From positions 19,922 to 83,921 of IMG/VR virus record IMGVR_UViG_2877826310_000002: DNA of 64,000 nt; one strand, 5' to 3'. This DNA is from a virus (taxonomy: Duplodnaviria > Caudoviricetes). The notes below the pieces were generated by a model that was given only the letters and a program-made list of their open reading frames with translations, made no database searches and was not told the DNA's origin. Shown here piece after piece: positions 1-10,333 of the stretch (positions are counted from its first letter, which is position 1; each line of letters begins with the position of its first letter). A program made the translations under genes and the position numbers.

Positions 1-131
1 GGCGCGCAAAGCTGGGACATCCGGCTACCTGCGCGCCAGTTCCTCGGTGCCAGCGAAAGTGAAACCAGCCAGCTGGTGAATCTGGTGCTGCAACAAATCC
101 TTAATTCACCCCGCTAACGAGGCACCGCTTT

Positions 132-1244
132 ATGGCACTCGGCAAAGTCAGCGTAAACAATCTCAACCTCGGCCAGGGTGCCGTGACCGAGATCGAACGC
201 TATTTCCTGTTCATCGGTCCCGCCGCCAAGAACGTCGGCAAGCTGGTCCCGCTGGACACCCAGAGCGATCTGGACGTCCAGCTGGGCGTCCCGGACAGCG
301 ACCTGAAAACCCAGATTCTGGCAGCGCGCAGCAACGGCGGCGATCGCTGGGCGTGTGTGGCTGCTCCGATCGCGGACGACATCACCTGGCAACAGGCGCT
401 AGAAAGCGCTGCCCGCACGTATTCGTTTGAAGCGGTAGTGATCGTCAAGCCGTCGACCACCCAGGCCGAGCTGTCGGCTATGCACGTCGCCGCCACCGAC
501 CTGAGCAACAAACTGGGTCGACGCATCTTCGTAATGGCTGCCACTGCCGGCATCGCGCCGCAGCAGACCTGGGGCGCTTACGTCGTCGAGCAGAAAGCTA
601 TCGTCGACGGCCTGGCTGCGCCTCGGGTTCTGCCGGTACCGCAACTGCACGGCAACAACCTGGGCGTGCTGGCCGGTCGCCTGGCCAACGCTTCCGTGAG
701 CGTGGCGGACACCCCAATGCGTGTGGCCACTGGCGCAATAGTGGGCCTGGGCGCTGAGCCCAAGGATATGGACGGCATCCTGCTGACCTCCGCTGTGCTG
801 ACGCAGCTGGACGCAGCGCGCCTATCGGTGCCGCAGACCTATCCGGACTATCCCGGCACCTACTGGGGCGACGGCAACCTGCTGGACACCCCCGGCAGTG
901 ACTTCCAGGTGATCGAGAACCTGCGTGTCGTCGACAAGGCTGCCCGCCGCGTGCGGGTCCTGCTGATCCGCTACGTGGGCAATCGGAGCTTGAACAACTC
1001 GGCCAACAGCATGGCGACCACCACGTCCAAGCTGATGGCCCCGCTGCGCGCGATGGCCAAGTCCACCAAGTTCGCCGGCCAGGTATTTCCAGGCGAGATT
1101 GAGCAGCCCAAGGACGGCGACATCGTGCTGACCTGGACGAGCAAAACCTCTGTCGTGGCCTACCTCAAGCTGCGCCCCCTCAACTGCCCGAAAGACCTGA
1201 CCGCGAACATTGCGCTCGATCTTTCCGTTACGGATTCGGAGTAA
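132..1244 (+). CDS. Phage tail sheath protein (DUF2586-like, HP1/K139-type)
   Basis: 370-aa ORF starting MALGKVSVNNLNLGQG, first in the sheath-tube order. Confidence 0.8.
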   Translation: MALGKVSVNNLNLGQGAVTEIERYFLFIGPAAKNVGKLVPLDTQSDLDVQLGVPDSDLKTQILAARSNGGDRWACVAAPIADDITWQQALESAARTYSFEAVVIVKPSTTQAELSAMHVAATDLSNKLGRRIFVMAATAGIAPQQTWGAYVVEQKAIVDGLAAPRVLPVPQLHGNNLGVLAGRLANASVSVADTPMRVATGAIVGLGAEPKDMDGILLTSAVLTQLDAARLSVPQTYPDYPGTYWGDGNLLDTPGSDFQVIENLRVVDKAARRVRVLLIRYVGNRSLNNSANSMATTTSKLMAPLRAMAKSTKFAGQVFPGEIEQPKDGDIVLTWTSKTSVVAYLKLRPLNCPKDLTANIALDLSVTDSE

Positions 1245-1247
1245 CCC

Positions 1248-1700
1248 ATGGCCGCAAAAATTGGCGGTAAGAACTTCGACGTGAACCTGGGCGATCTGCT
1301 CGTTCACGTCGAGGCCGGCACCCTGGACATCACGGACAACAGTACCGTGGCCCAGACCAAGGGCGTGCCCAATGGGCACGTCGACGGCGATGTCTCAGCA
1401 GCCGGCGAGCTGGAGCTGGACACCACCAACTTCAACCTGCTGGTCGAGCAAGCCAAGACGGCGGGTAGTTTTCGCGAGCTGGAGCCGTTCGACATCGTGT
1501 TCTTTGCCAAGGCCGGCGAAGAAGAACTGCGCATCGAGGCGTTCGGCTGCAAGGTCCGCGTTTCCAGCCTGCTGAGCATCGATCCGAAGGGTGGGGCGAA
1601 GAACACCCACAAGGTGCCATACGACGTCACCAGTGCGGACTTCGTCAAGATCAACGGCGTGCCGTACCTGGCTGCCGCTGAGATCGAGGGCCTGACGTAA
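1248..1700 (+). CDS. Phage tail tube protein (DUF2597-like)
   Basis: 150 aa directly after the sheath; resembles HP1-type tube. Confidence 0.75.
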   Translation: MAAKIGGKNFDVNLGDLLVHVEAGTLDITDNSTVAQTKGVPNGHVDGDVSAAGELELDTTNFNLLVEQAKTAGSFRELEPFDIVFFAKAGEEELRIEAFGCKVRVSSLLSIDPKGGAKNTHKVPYDVTSADFVKINGVPYLAAAEIEGLT

Positions 1701-1909
1701 TGGTCTGCCCGTTCGATCGTGCGCAGGCTCTGGAGCAGCGTCAACGCGACCAGGCCATTGCGGCCCAGTTGGCCAAGCCGCGAGCGAGCGGGCCGAGCCT
1801 CACCCATTGCCAGGACTGCGGCAAGGAAATCCCATCGGCTCGCCAGGCGTTAGGCGGCATGACCCGTTGCGTGCCTTGCCAAACCCTGACCGAAAAAGGA
1901 ATTCGCTGA
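1700..1909 (+). CDS. TraR/DksA C4 zinc-finger protein
   Basis: CxDCGxEIPxARxxxxxxxxRCVxCQ motif. Confidence 0.9.
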   Translation: MVCPFDRAQALEQRQRDQAIAAQLAKPRASGPSLTHCQDCGKEIPSARQALGGMTRCVPCQTLTEKGIR

Positions 1910-2115
1910 TGAGCACCAATCCATTTGCTCAAGACACCGCCATTGCGCTGGCCAAGGCGTCTCCCGCCATCGGCGTCGCTGCCACGGGTGCGACCGGTGC
2001 CGTCGACTGGTCGACAGTGGCCTACATGCTGACCGCTTTCTACATGGTCCTGCAGATACTGCTGCTGATCCCCAAGTACCGCCAGATGCTGCGCGAGTGG
2101 GAGACCAAGGTATGA
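1909..2115 (+). CDS. Putative holin
   Basis: 68-aa hydrophobic ORF (ATG 1909) immediately before the endolysin. Confidence 0.6.
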   Translation: MSTNPFAQDTAIALAKASPAIGVAATGATGAVDWSTVAYMLTAFYMVLQILLLIPKYRQMLREWETKV

Positions 2116-2639
2116 GCCTGCGCGTCAAGATCACCGCCGGTCTCTTGCTGCTCTGCAGCGGCACATTGACCGCGTTTCTGGGCACCTGGGAAGGCAACGG
2201 CCAGAACGTGGTGTATGCCGACAAGCTGGCCGGCGGGTTGCCCACGGTCTGCATGGGTATCACCAGGCACACCAGCCCGGATCCGGTAGTGGTGGGTGAG
2301 TACTGGTCAGAAGCGCGCTGCGCCGAGGTCGAGAACCTGGTGATCGCCAAGGGTCAGCTGAGCCTGGCCGACTGCCTGACGAACCAGGCGATCGGGCAGA
2401 ACACGTTCGACGCCTTGAGCAGCCACGGCCACAACTTCGGCATGCCGACGACGTGCGCGAGCCGCGCCGTGGGCATGATCAATGCGGGCCGTATTGCCGA
2501 GGGCTGCAAGGCGCTGGCTTGGGCTTCCGACGGCACGACTCCCGTCTGGGCCTATGTAACGGGTGCCGATGGCCGCAAGACCTTTGTCCGTGGCCTGCAC
2601 AACCGCCGGCTGGCTGAAATGAGGCTGTGCCTGCAATGA
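2112..2639 (+). CDS. Phage lysozyme (GH24, probable SAR endolysin)
   Basis: Hydrophobic N-terminus, WEG..YAD..PTVCxGIT catalytic region, GLxNRRxAExxLC end. Confidence 0.88.
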   Translation: MSLRVKITAGLLLLCSGTLTAFLGTWEGNGQNVVYADKLAGGLPTVCMGITRHTSPDPVVVGEYWSEARCAEVENLVIAKGQLSLADCLTNQAIGQNTFDALSSHGHNFGMPTTCASRAVGMINAGRIAEGCKALAWASDGTTPVWAYVTGADGRKTFVRGLHNRRLAEMRLCLQ

Positions 2640-3115
2640 CCATCAGCCCGCTGCGCCTTGCCCTGTTTCTGCTGGTGGTCGGCTTGCTGACCTGGTGCGC
2701 TTTTGAGTACCAGGGCAACCAGCTCGATGTCGCCCGCGCTGATCTGGTCGACGCCGCTGCAGATCTGCACACCGAGCGAGAGGCTGCCCGCCTGGCCGGC
2801 GAACAGCTCGCAGCGCGGGACCAGCTCGACACCCACCATAGCCAGGAACTGAACCGTGCCCGCTCTCAAATCAATGCTCTGCAGCTGGCTGTTGCTGATG
2901 GCCGTTACCGGCTGCGCATCAAAGCCATCTGCCCCGCAATGCCCGGTGCCACCGGCACCGCCGGCCTGGCTGATGCAGGCAGCGCCGAACTCGCAGCAGA
3001 CGCTCGACCTGATTATTTCACCCTCCGAGATCAGCTTGCCCTCAGCCGGCAAATGATCCTCGGCCTGCAGGACTACATCCGCCAGGTCGTGCAACGCACG
3101 CCGGCACAACCCTGA
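2636..3115 (+). CDS. Rz-like inner-membrane spanin
   Basis: N-terminal TM plus coiled coil after the endolysin. Confidence 0.8.
   Translation: MTISPLRLALFLLVVGLLTWCAFEYQGNQLDVARADLVDAAADLHTEREAARLAGEQLAARDQLDTHHSQELNRARSQINALQLAVADGRYRLRIKAICPAMPGATGTAGLADAGSAELAADARPDYFTLRDQLALSRQMILGLQDYIRQVVQRTPAQP
2874..3056 (+). CDS. Rz1-like outer-membrane spanin lipoprotein nested in Rz
   Basis: Alternate frame; lipobox VTGC followed by Pro-rich segment; start approximate. Confidence 0.7.
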   Translation: MLCSWLLLMAVTGCASKPSAPQCPVPPAPPAWLMQAAPNSQQTLDLIISPSEISLPSAGK

Positions 3116-3148
3116 CCCCTTGCAACTCAACCTTACGGAAACACCGAC

Positions 3149-3439
3149 ATGAGCGAAGTAAACCGCAGCATCACCCTGGAAATGGGCAACTTGGAATTCA
3201 CCTTCAACCTGAGCCCTCAGGTGATCACCAAGTACTTCAATGCCACCACCCAGGCGAACAAGGTCGCCCCGGCGCACAACCTGTTGATGGGCACCGTAAA
3301 GCAGGAAGACAAAACAGCGCTCAAGCAATTGCTGGAAAACCCGGTCACCACCATGACCATGGCCGGTGCGTTGCTTGAAGAGTATTCGCCGGACGTTGAA
3401 GTGATCGTAAAAAAGTCCTCGGGCACGCTGAAGGCTTGA
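3149..3439 (+). CDS. Tail assembly chaperone; -1 frameshift extension to 3603
   Basis: Before tape measure; slippery A AAA AAG at 3409-3415; -1 frame open to TAA 3601-3603. Confidence 0.75.
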   Translation: MSEVNRSITLEMGNLEFTFNLSPQVITKYFNATTQANKVAPAHNLLMGTVKQEDKTALKQLLENPVTTMTMAGALLEEYSPDVEVIVKKSSGTLKA

Positions 3440-3608
3440 CCGAAGACGGGCTGGGCCAGCTGCTGGCCCTGACCCAACGCTGGCTGCCTGGCGCTGAGCC
3501 CACGATTGAAAGCATGGGCACCGCCAAGTGGCTTGAAGACGAATACTGGAGACGCATGGAAATTGCCGTCGCCAACGGCATTTCCACTGCCTTTAACGGA
3601 TAACCCTG

Positions 3609-5978
3609 ATGGCTGACCGTTCCGCCCGCCTGGCTTTCATCCTGAACCTGACCGACAAGGTCAGCGCCCCCCTGGGCAAGGTGAAAACCACGTTTAGCGA
3701 CCTTGCCGAGCAGAGCCAGCAGAACATCATTCAGATGGGTGCTGGCCTGGCCGGCATGGTGGGCGCGGGTAAGGCCATCACCGAATCACTGGAACCGGCG
3801 CTGGAGGTCAACCGGGCGCTGGGTGACATGCGCGCCCTGGGAACGGCCGAGGACGCACTGGCGTCGTTGAACCGCAAGGCTCTGGAGTTTTCCATCACCT
3901 ACGCCACCAGCGCCGCCGAATTCGTGGGGTCGTCACGGGTCATCGATGGCGCCATCAAGGGCCTGGTCGGCGGCCAACTGGCCGCCATCACCAGTTCCAG
4001 CAACCTGCTGGCCAAGGTCACCAAGGCCGATGCGGAAACGACCGGTGCGTACCTGGGCACCATGTACAACCTGTTCAAGACCGAAGCCGACAAGATGGGC
4101 AAGGTCGAATGGGTCGAGCAGTTGACCGGGCAAACGGCGCTGGCGGTGAAGCTGTTCCGCACAGACGGTGCCCAGCTCAAGGACGCCTTCAAGGAAGTGG
4201 GCGCGATTGCCACGCAGGCCGGTGTGGGCGTGGCCGAGCAAATGGCCGTGATCGGTACGCTGTCCAGCACCATGGAAGGCGGCGACGCCGGCGGGCGCTA
4301 CAAGGCGTTCTTTGAAAACATCGGCGCAGCGGCTGAGAAAACCGGCCTTTCGTTCACCGATGCCGCTGGCAATACGCTGCCGATGATCCAGATCCTGGAC
4401 AAGCTGCAGGGCAAGTATGGCGACCTGACCAGCGCCGCCGCCGGCACCAAGCTGGTGGAGGCTTTCGGCGGCGAAGGTGCCCAGGTGATCGGCGCGTTGG
4501 CCAAGGACACCGATCGGCTGCGCCACGGTATCAGCGAGCTGGGCAAGGTCCGAGGGCTTGAGAACGCCGAAAAGATGGCCAAGGCGATGGTCGATCCGTG
4601 GCAGCAGTTCGGTAAAGCCGTCGATGCGCTGCGCATTTCATTTGGCCAATCCCTGATTCCGACCCTGACGCCGCTGATGGAGCGTCTGGTGGGCATTGCC
4701 TCGACGCTGACGCGCTGGATGCAGCTGTTCCCCAACATTACGCGGGTCATCGGCATCACGACGCTGATCATTTTGGGCTTCGTCGCTGCCATGTCGTTGC
4801 TGACCCTTGTAGTGGGGGTCAGCAAGATGGTTTGGCTGGGCATGCTCACGGTCTGGAAACTGCTCAACTGGCAGGGTTTCAAGTCCATTGCCATGTTCCT
4901 GTTCCACACCGTGCTGGTCGCGGCCTTCGCTGCAGGCCTGGTGATCCTGTACACCTGGATGGGGCTGGTGCGGCTCGGCATGTTGCTGTGGCAGGGTGCG
5001 ATCTGGCTGGTCAACGCCGCCATGCTGGCCAACCCGGTGCTGCTGATCGTGGCTGGCATCGTTCTGCTGGTCGCCGCCGTGGTCGCCGCCGTCGTGTATT
5101 GGGACGAGCTGTGCGCCGCATTGATGAACACCACCGCGTTCCAGTGGATCAGTGATCAGTTGAGCACCTTGTCCAACTGGTTCGGTTCGATGGGCGGCTG
5201 GTCGGGTATCGCCAAAACAGCGTGGGACAGCATCCTGGCCACGGTGAAAGGTGCGATCAATGGCCTGATCGAGATGGCCAACAAGATTCCCGGCGTGAAC
5301 ATCGAAACCACGTTTGGCGATCTGCCCGAGCCGCCGAAGGTGCCCGACCTGCCCGGTCAGGTGGGTGCCCCGGTGCCGGGTCCTCAGTTGCCGGCAGTGG
5401 TGACCACACCGCCAGCGGGCACCGTGCAAGGGCCGAAAGTCGCATCGGCTGCCCCTGCACCGGCAAGCCAGCCACCCAAGCCTCTGGCCCTGGTGCCGGC
5501 TGCCGTCACCCGGTCAGCGCCGGCGCAGGTTCCCGCGCCTGCAGTCCAGGTTCAACCGGCACCGCCTATCAGTCTGCCGCAACCCAACGTGCTGCCCTTC
5601 AAACCGCTGCAGATGCCTGCCCCGCAGATCAAGCAGGCCGAGCCGATCATGCTGCCGCCGGCGTCCGCTGACCTGGCGTTTTCAATGCCGACCAAAGCGG
5701 CACTGCCGGCGCGCGTCGAGAAGGTCATCGAGATGCCCGCCAAATCGGACAAGGGCATCGAAGCCCGCAAGGCGATCAATGCCAACACGTCGATCAGCCC
5801 CACCAAACCCCAGGCCGTCCCGAAAGGAGGACTGATGCAAAGCTTCCAGAATCAGAGCAACGCCATGAACCCCAACCAGCGCGCCGGCACCCACGTCGAG
5901 ACGCTGAACATCAACACCGCCAAACCGATGACCCCGCTGGAGCTGGAAAACATGATGGCCATGGCGGTGGGCGGCTGA
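3609..5978 (+). CDS. Phage tail tape measure protein
   Basis: 789 aa, Ala/Gly-rich helical, TM block, position in tail operon. Confidence 0.85.
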   Translation: MADRSARLAFILNLTDKVSAPLGKVKTTFSDLAEQSQQNIIQMGAGLAGMVGAGKAITESLEPALEVNRALGDMRALGTAEDALASLNRKALEFSITYATSAAEFVGSSRVIDGAIKGLVGGQLAAITSSSNLLAKVTKADAETTGAYLGTMYNLFKTEADKMGKVEWVEQLTGQTALAVKLFRTDGAQLKDAFKEVGAIATQAGVGVAEQMAVIGTLSSTMEGGDAGGRYKAFFENIGAAAEKTGLSFTDAAGNTLPMIQILDKLQGKYGDLTSAAAGTKLVEAFGGEGAQVIGALAKDTDRLRHGISELGKVRGLENAEKMAKAMVDPWQQFGKAVDALRISFGQSLIPTLTPLMERLVGIASTLTRWMQLFPNITRVIGITTLIILGFVAAMSLLTLVVGVSKMVWLGMLTVWKLLNWQGFKSIAMFLFHTVLVAAFAAGLVILYTWMGLVRLGMLLWQGAIWLVNAAMLANPVLLIVAGIVLLVAAVVAAVVYWDELCAALMNTTAFQWISDQLSTLSNWFGSMGGWSGIAKTAWDSILATVKGAINGLIEMANKIPGVNIETTFGDLPEPPKVPDLPGQVGAPVPGPQLPAVVTTPPAGTVQGPKVASAAPAPASQPPKPLALVPAAVTRSAPAQVPAPAVQVQPAPPISLPQPNVLPFKPLQMPAPQIKQAEPIMLPPASADLAFSMPTKAALPARVEKVIEMPAKSDKGIEARKAINANTSISPTKPQAVPKGGLMQSFQNQSNAMNPNQRAGTHVETLNINTAKPMTPLELENMMAMAVGG

Positions 5979-6295
5979 TGAGCGAATACGTCGATCTGCT
6001 GATCATGAACAACGACCTGGTGCTCGATCCGGCCCGCCAGCCGCTGCTGGTGACTGACCGCGCCTCGATCGCCCAGGACATCGCGCACCTGATCCGGGAA
6101 AGCGGCCTGCTGATCACGCTGGTGGCCGAACGTGACCGGCTGCGCCAGCGTGACTGCATTCAGCAAATGGAGCTGCTGGTGGAAGCGGACGAGCGCCTGG
6201 TGCCAGGCACCGCGCAGATCGTTCAGAGCAGTCCGGGGCTGTACCTGGTCACCGCCACGACCGTGAAATTCGGCCTGCTGGAGATCACCCTGTGA
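5978..6295 (+). CDS. Baseplate wedge protein (DUF2590-like)
   Basis: 105 aa with SIAQDIAHLIRESGL; precedes baseplate J. Confidence 0.7.
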   Translation: MSEYVDLLIMNNDLVLDPARQPLLVTDRASIAQDIAHLIRESGLLITLVAERDRLRQRDCIQQMELLVEADERLVPGTAQIVQSSPGLYLVTATTVKFGLLEITL

Positions 6296-7461
6296 CCGTC
6301 GATTTTAAAAAGGCCCTCAGTGATTCCGGCGTGCCTACCACTGATGCGCAGCTCAAGCAGGCCTGGGAAAAGCTGGCCGTTGAGCAGGGCAGCACACTGA
6401 GCAACACCAGCGCTTACAGCCCGTTCTGGCGGATCATCACGGCGCTGGTCACCAAACCGGTGCTGTGGCTGCTGGAGTTCGTCAGCGGTACGGTGCTGCC
6501 GAACTTCTTCGTCAAGACCGCCGGCGCGCAGTGGCTGGATATGCTGGCCTGGGCAGTGAACATCGAGCGCAAGGCTGCCACGGTGGCCACCGGTGAACTG
6601 CTGTTCACCCGCGCCAATACCGGCGGCGAGCTGGAAGTGCCGATCGGCACGGTCGTCCAGTCACCGACCCTCAACGGTCATATCTATCAGTTGGTGACCA
6701 CCGAACCGCGCAGCTTTGAAGAGGGCCAGAGCCAGTTGGTGGTGCCGGTCAAGGCCGTGGGTGCCGGCAGCGGCTACAACCTGGCACCGGGTTACTACGC
6801 GGTGCTGCCCCAGTCAGTGCCTGGCATCGTCCAAGTGGTGAACAACACCGACTGGCTGCAGACGCCAGGCGCGGATTCCGAGCACGACGACCAGTTGCGC
6901 CTGCGTGTGCGCAACCAGTTCTCGGCGGTGAACCAGTGGCACACCGACGCGGTGTACCGGGCAATCATCACCGGGTTTCCTGGGGTAGCCGCTGACGGCG
7001 TGTACTTTGAACACGGTGCGCCTCGTGGCCCCGGCAGCGCCAATGCCTTTGTGCTGTTCGACGCCGGCGTGCCCGCCGATACGTTCCTGGAGCAGATCAA
7101 TACGCACATTCGTGACGGCGGCAATCATGGTCACGGCGATGATCTGTTGGCGATGGCCATGCCTGAAACGCTGAACGCGATCAGCCTCAAGGTCTGGCCC
7201 GTGGCCAACCTCACCGTGCTGCAGCTGCAGACGCTGCAGGCCGAGATCGGGCTGTTCATCCGCGCTGCTTTTCGCGAGAGCACCCAGAGTGACTACGCGC
7301 CGACCCGCACGTTTCCTCAGTCGCGGTTCAGTTTCAGCCGCTTGACCGAAGAGCTGCACGCTCAGTTTCCGAACATCAGCTCGTTGCGGTTTGCCAACAG
7401 CGACATCGTGTCAGCGCTGGACATCCCCCGGATCAGCACCCTGGCGGTGGTTCTGCAATGA
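6292..7461 (+). CDS. Baseplate J/gp47 family protein
   Basis: 389 aa; GAD.E.D..LR.R and PRGPGS motifs. Confidence 0.88.
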   Translation: MTVDFKKALSDSGVPTTDAQLKQAWEKLAVEQGSTLSNTSAYSPFWRIITALVTKPVLWLLEFVSGTVLPNFFVKTAGAQWLDMLAWAVNIERKAATVATGELLFTRANTGGELEVPIGTVVQSPTLNGHIYQLVTTEPRSFEEGQSQLVVPVKAVGAGSGYNLAPGYYAVLPQSVPGIVQVVNNTDWLQTPGADSEHDDQLRLRVRNQFSAVNQWHTDAVYRAIITGFPGVAADGVYFEHGAPRGPGSANAFVLFDAGVPADTFLEQINTHIRDGGNHGHGDDLLAMAMPETLNAISLKVWPVANLTVLQLQTLQAEIGLFIRAAFRESTQSDYAPTRTFPQSRFSFSRLTEELHAQFPNISSLRFANSDIVSALDIPRISTLAVVLQ

Positions 7462-7982
7462 TCAAGCTCAAGCTGCCGTTCTGGCTCGAAGGCCTGGAGC
7501 TGACCAAGCTGGTGGCCACCGCCCAGCTCTGGTGGGAGCAGGCCACCGAGTGGCTGCGCTGGCCTTACCTGCAGTTCGACGCTGACACCTGCCACCTGTC
7601 CATTCTGGAACTGTGGGCTTGGCAGCGCGACGTCACCCGCTTTGCCGCCGAGCCGGAAAGCCTGTTCCGGTTGCGGGTCAAGTACGCCTTTATCAACTCC
7701 GTCGACGCCGGCAGCACTGCCGGATTGAAACGCATCCTGGAGCGCCTCGGCGTCGGCTATGTCGAGATTCAGGAGCGTATGCCCGAACGCGACTGGGACG
7801 TCGTGCTGCTCACCCTGAGCGATTCCCAACTGTCCGAGAACCCCGACCTATTGCGTGTGCTGATTCGTCAGTACGGGCGCACCTGTCGCCGGTACGACTT
7901 CGTAACCATCACCCCGGTGCGGCTTGCTGTTGCCCTGGTGGATTTCAATGACGATCAGCAAACGCTGGTCGCCAGCCTTTAG
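7458..7982 (+). CDS. Phage tail protein (P2 gpI-like)
   Basis: LELWAWQRDV motif; lies between J and the fibre gene. Confidence 0.8.
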   Translation: MIKLKLPFWLEGLELTKLVATAQLWWEQATEWLRWPYLQFDADTCHLSILELWAWQRDVTRFAAEPESLFRLRVKYAFINSVDAGSTAGLKRILERLGVGYVEIQERMPERDWDVVLLTLSDSQLSENPDLLRVLIRQYGRTCRRYDFVTITPVRLAVALVDFNDDQQTLVASL

Positions 7983-7990
7983 GAGCCCTC

Positions 7991-10333
7991 ATGGCTGCAA
8001 GTATCACCATCGCCGGCGAAAAACTGATCGCCCAGAAACAAGCGGCCAACCTGCCGCTGACCGTTGCCCGATTCGTGCTGGCCAACGTGCCAGGCCTCAA
8101 CGTTTCCGGCCCGGTCAACCGTGCCGGCGTCAAGCCGCCAGCGGCTCAGATCGTCTATACCGCAAGCGTCACCCAGCAGGGCTTCGTCAATCCCAACCAA
8201 GTGGTGTACAGCCTGTTGATGGGCACCGATATCGGCGACTTCGACTGGAACTGGATCGGCATGGAGACCAGCGACGACGTGCTGCTGTCGGTCGCCTACG
8301 TGCCGTTGCAACAGAAGCGCAAGAACGTCCTGCCTGACCAGATCGGCAACAACGTGACTCGCAACTTCCTGGTGGTGTTCGACGGTGCACAGCAGTTGAC
8401 TGGCATCAAGATCGACGCCAGTACCTGGCAGTACGATTACACGGCGCGCATGAAGGGCATCGACGAGCGCGAGCGCATCAGCAACCGGGACATGTTCGGG
8501 CGTGCCTGCTTTTTCGGCGCAGGCCTGCAGTTGAAGAAGGTGGGCGCTGTCTACCAGCTCAACCCCGGCGTGGCGTATGTCGAAGGCATTCGCCTGCAGC
8601 TCGATGCCGTGTTGCCCGTGACCGTGCCGGCAGTGCCGACCAAAGCCTGGCTGGATGTGGTGCTGCAGCGCGAGCTGAGCGACGTCGTGGCCTCGTTCAA
8701 AGTTGTGTTCGGCCAGGACGCAAAGATCGATTACACCGACAGCGCATCGGCCAGGCACTACCTGGTGCCGCTGGCTGACATCACCGGCACCAGCAGCCTG
8801 ACCGACCTGCGTCCGATCGAGGCGATCGACATCGAGCTGGTGAAGCACTTCGCGGCGCGGGTTGGTGACTATCCAGATCTGCGCGCCCGTGCCACGACCA
8901 AGGAAGACGTGGACCTGGGCAACCTGCCCAATGCGATCAGCGACGATCCAAACAGCAACAGCGGCGTGGTGCTGGCCACCACCAGAATGGTCAATGCCGT
9001 GCGCTCGGCCATCAGCCAGGTTATGGCGCTGATCGTTGACGGCTCCACCCCGGTTGGCAGGGCCGTGCGCCTGGTTACGCCGCGAGCCATTCGATTCAAC
9101 GGCGCGGCCAGTGGCATCGGGACCTATGACGGCGCAAGCGACACCAATATCACCCTGACCCTGGCCGATAGCGGCGTTGCGGCAGGTACGTACACGCGAG
9201 TCGCCGTCAATTTGAAAGGCCTGGTGACCAGTGGCGGCAATCCCACGACGCTGGCCGGATACGGCATCACCGACGCATACAGCAAGGATGACGCGAACAG
9301 CAGCTTTGTGAAGCAAGGCGGTGGGCCTGGGATGCTGAGCAACAGAATCAACATCGGCTGGACCGGAGACAGGCTCAAAGTGAGTGTGGACGGCACAGAC
9401 GGGGGCAGGATCTGGACGGACACCAGCTTCAATCCCAATGACAAGGCCAATAAAGCCACCTCGCTGGCCGGCTACGGCATCACCGATGCCCACACCATCA
9501 CTCAGGTAAACGACCTGGTGGGCAGGCGGGTACTGGCTGACTCGATCATCCACGCCGGTTTTGCCAGCAACAACACCGACTACCCGTACTTCCGTCGGAG
9601 TTCTGATGACAAGGTGTATTACCTGCAGCCGCAGATCGGCTACACGCCGTTGCAGCAGGGCGGCGGTGCCGGCCAGAAGACTAACAAGGTGTATATCGGT
9701 TGGTCGGACGTTGGACTGAAATTGACGGTCGACGCAACAGACATGGGCCGTATCTGGACGGAGCAGTCGTTCAATCCCAACGAAAAGGCCAATAAGTCCA
9801 ACTCGATCGCCGGCTATGGCATCACTGACTGTTACACCGTTACCCAAGTCAATGCGTTGGTCTCCGCACGTGTCGCTGCTGACTCGATCACCGCAGCGGG
9901 TTTTGCCAGTGACAACCCGGAGTTTCCTTACTTTCGCCGTTCCTCAAACGGGGCCGTTCACTACCTGCAGAACCGCCTCGGCTTTGTGCCGGTGCAGCAG
10001 GGCGGTGGAGCCAACCAGGCCACCAACCAGTTGCGTCTGGGCTGGGCAACCAACGGCGCAGGCGTCCGGGCGCAAGTGGACGCCACTGACCTCGGCCTGC
10101 TGTGGGGCGAGCAGAACTTCTACCGCCCAGACAACAACAACTTTCTGGCGGTGTCCGTCACCGCGACCGAAGTACGACTGCCAGCAGGCGGCACCTGGTG
10201 TTACTCGCTGATGCATTACTACTCAGGTGGTGCGGGTGTGGTCGGTCGAAGTGGCCAGGCAGCCGGCGGCACCGTTATTTCATTCAGTGGCGGTAGCACC
10301 ATTTACGGCTTCGCCTGGAGGTACGCAGCATGA
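7991..10333 (+). CDS. Tail fibre protein with repeated modules
   Basis: N-terminal collar domain (GDFDWNWIG); repeated LAGYGITD / QGGG / IGW modules. Confidence 0.88.
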   Translation: MAASITIAGEKLIAQKQAANLPLTVARFVLANVPGLNVSGPVNRAGVKPPAAQIVYTASVTQQGFVNPNQVVYSLLMGTDIGDFDWNWIGMETSDDVLLSVAYVPLQQKRKNVLPDQIGNNVTRNFLVVFDGAQQLTGIKIDASTWQYDYTARMKGIDERERISNRDMFGRACFFGAGLQLKKVGAVYQLNPGVAYVEGIRLQLDAVLPVTVPAVPTKAWLDVVLQRELSDVVASFKVVFGQDAKIDYTDSASARHYLVPLADITGTSSLTDLRPIEAIDIELVKHFAARVGDYPDLRARATTKEDVDLGNLPNAISDDPNSNSGVVLATTRMVNAVRSAISQVMALIVDGSTPVGRAVRLVTPRAIRFNGAASGIGTYDGASDTNITLTLADSGVAAGTYTRVAVNLKGLVTSGGNPTTLAGYGITDAYSKDDANSSFVKQGGGPGMLSNRINIGWTGDRLKVSVDGTDGGRIWTDTSFNPNDKANKATSLAGYGITDAHTITQVNDLVGRRVLADSIIHAGFASNNTDYPYFRRSSDDKVYYLQPQIGYTPLQQGGGAGQKTNKVYIGWSDVGLKLTVDATDMGRIWTEQSFNPNEKANKSNSIAGYGITDCYTVTQVNALVSARVAADSITAAGFASDNPEFPYFRRSSNGAVHYLQNRLGFVPVQQGGGANQATNQLRLGWATNGAGVRAQVDATDLGLLWGEQNFYRPDNNNFLAVSVTATEVRLPAGGTWCYSLMHYYSGGAGVVGRSGQAAGGTVISFSGGSTIYGFAWRYAA

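Noticed and set aside
7979-9847. 622-aa antisense ORF and similar long shadow ORFs
   Set aside because: Typical high-GC antisense frames of real genes, with no motifs
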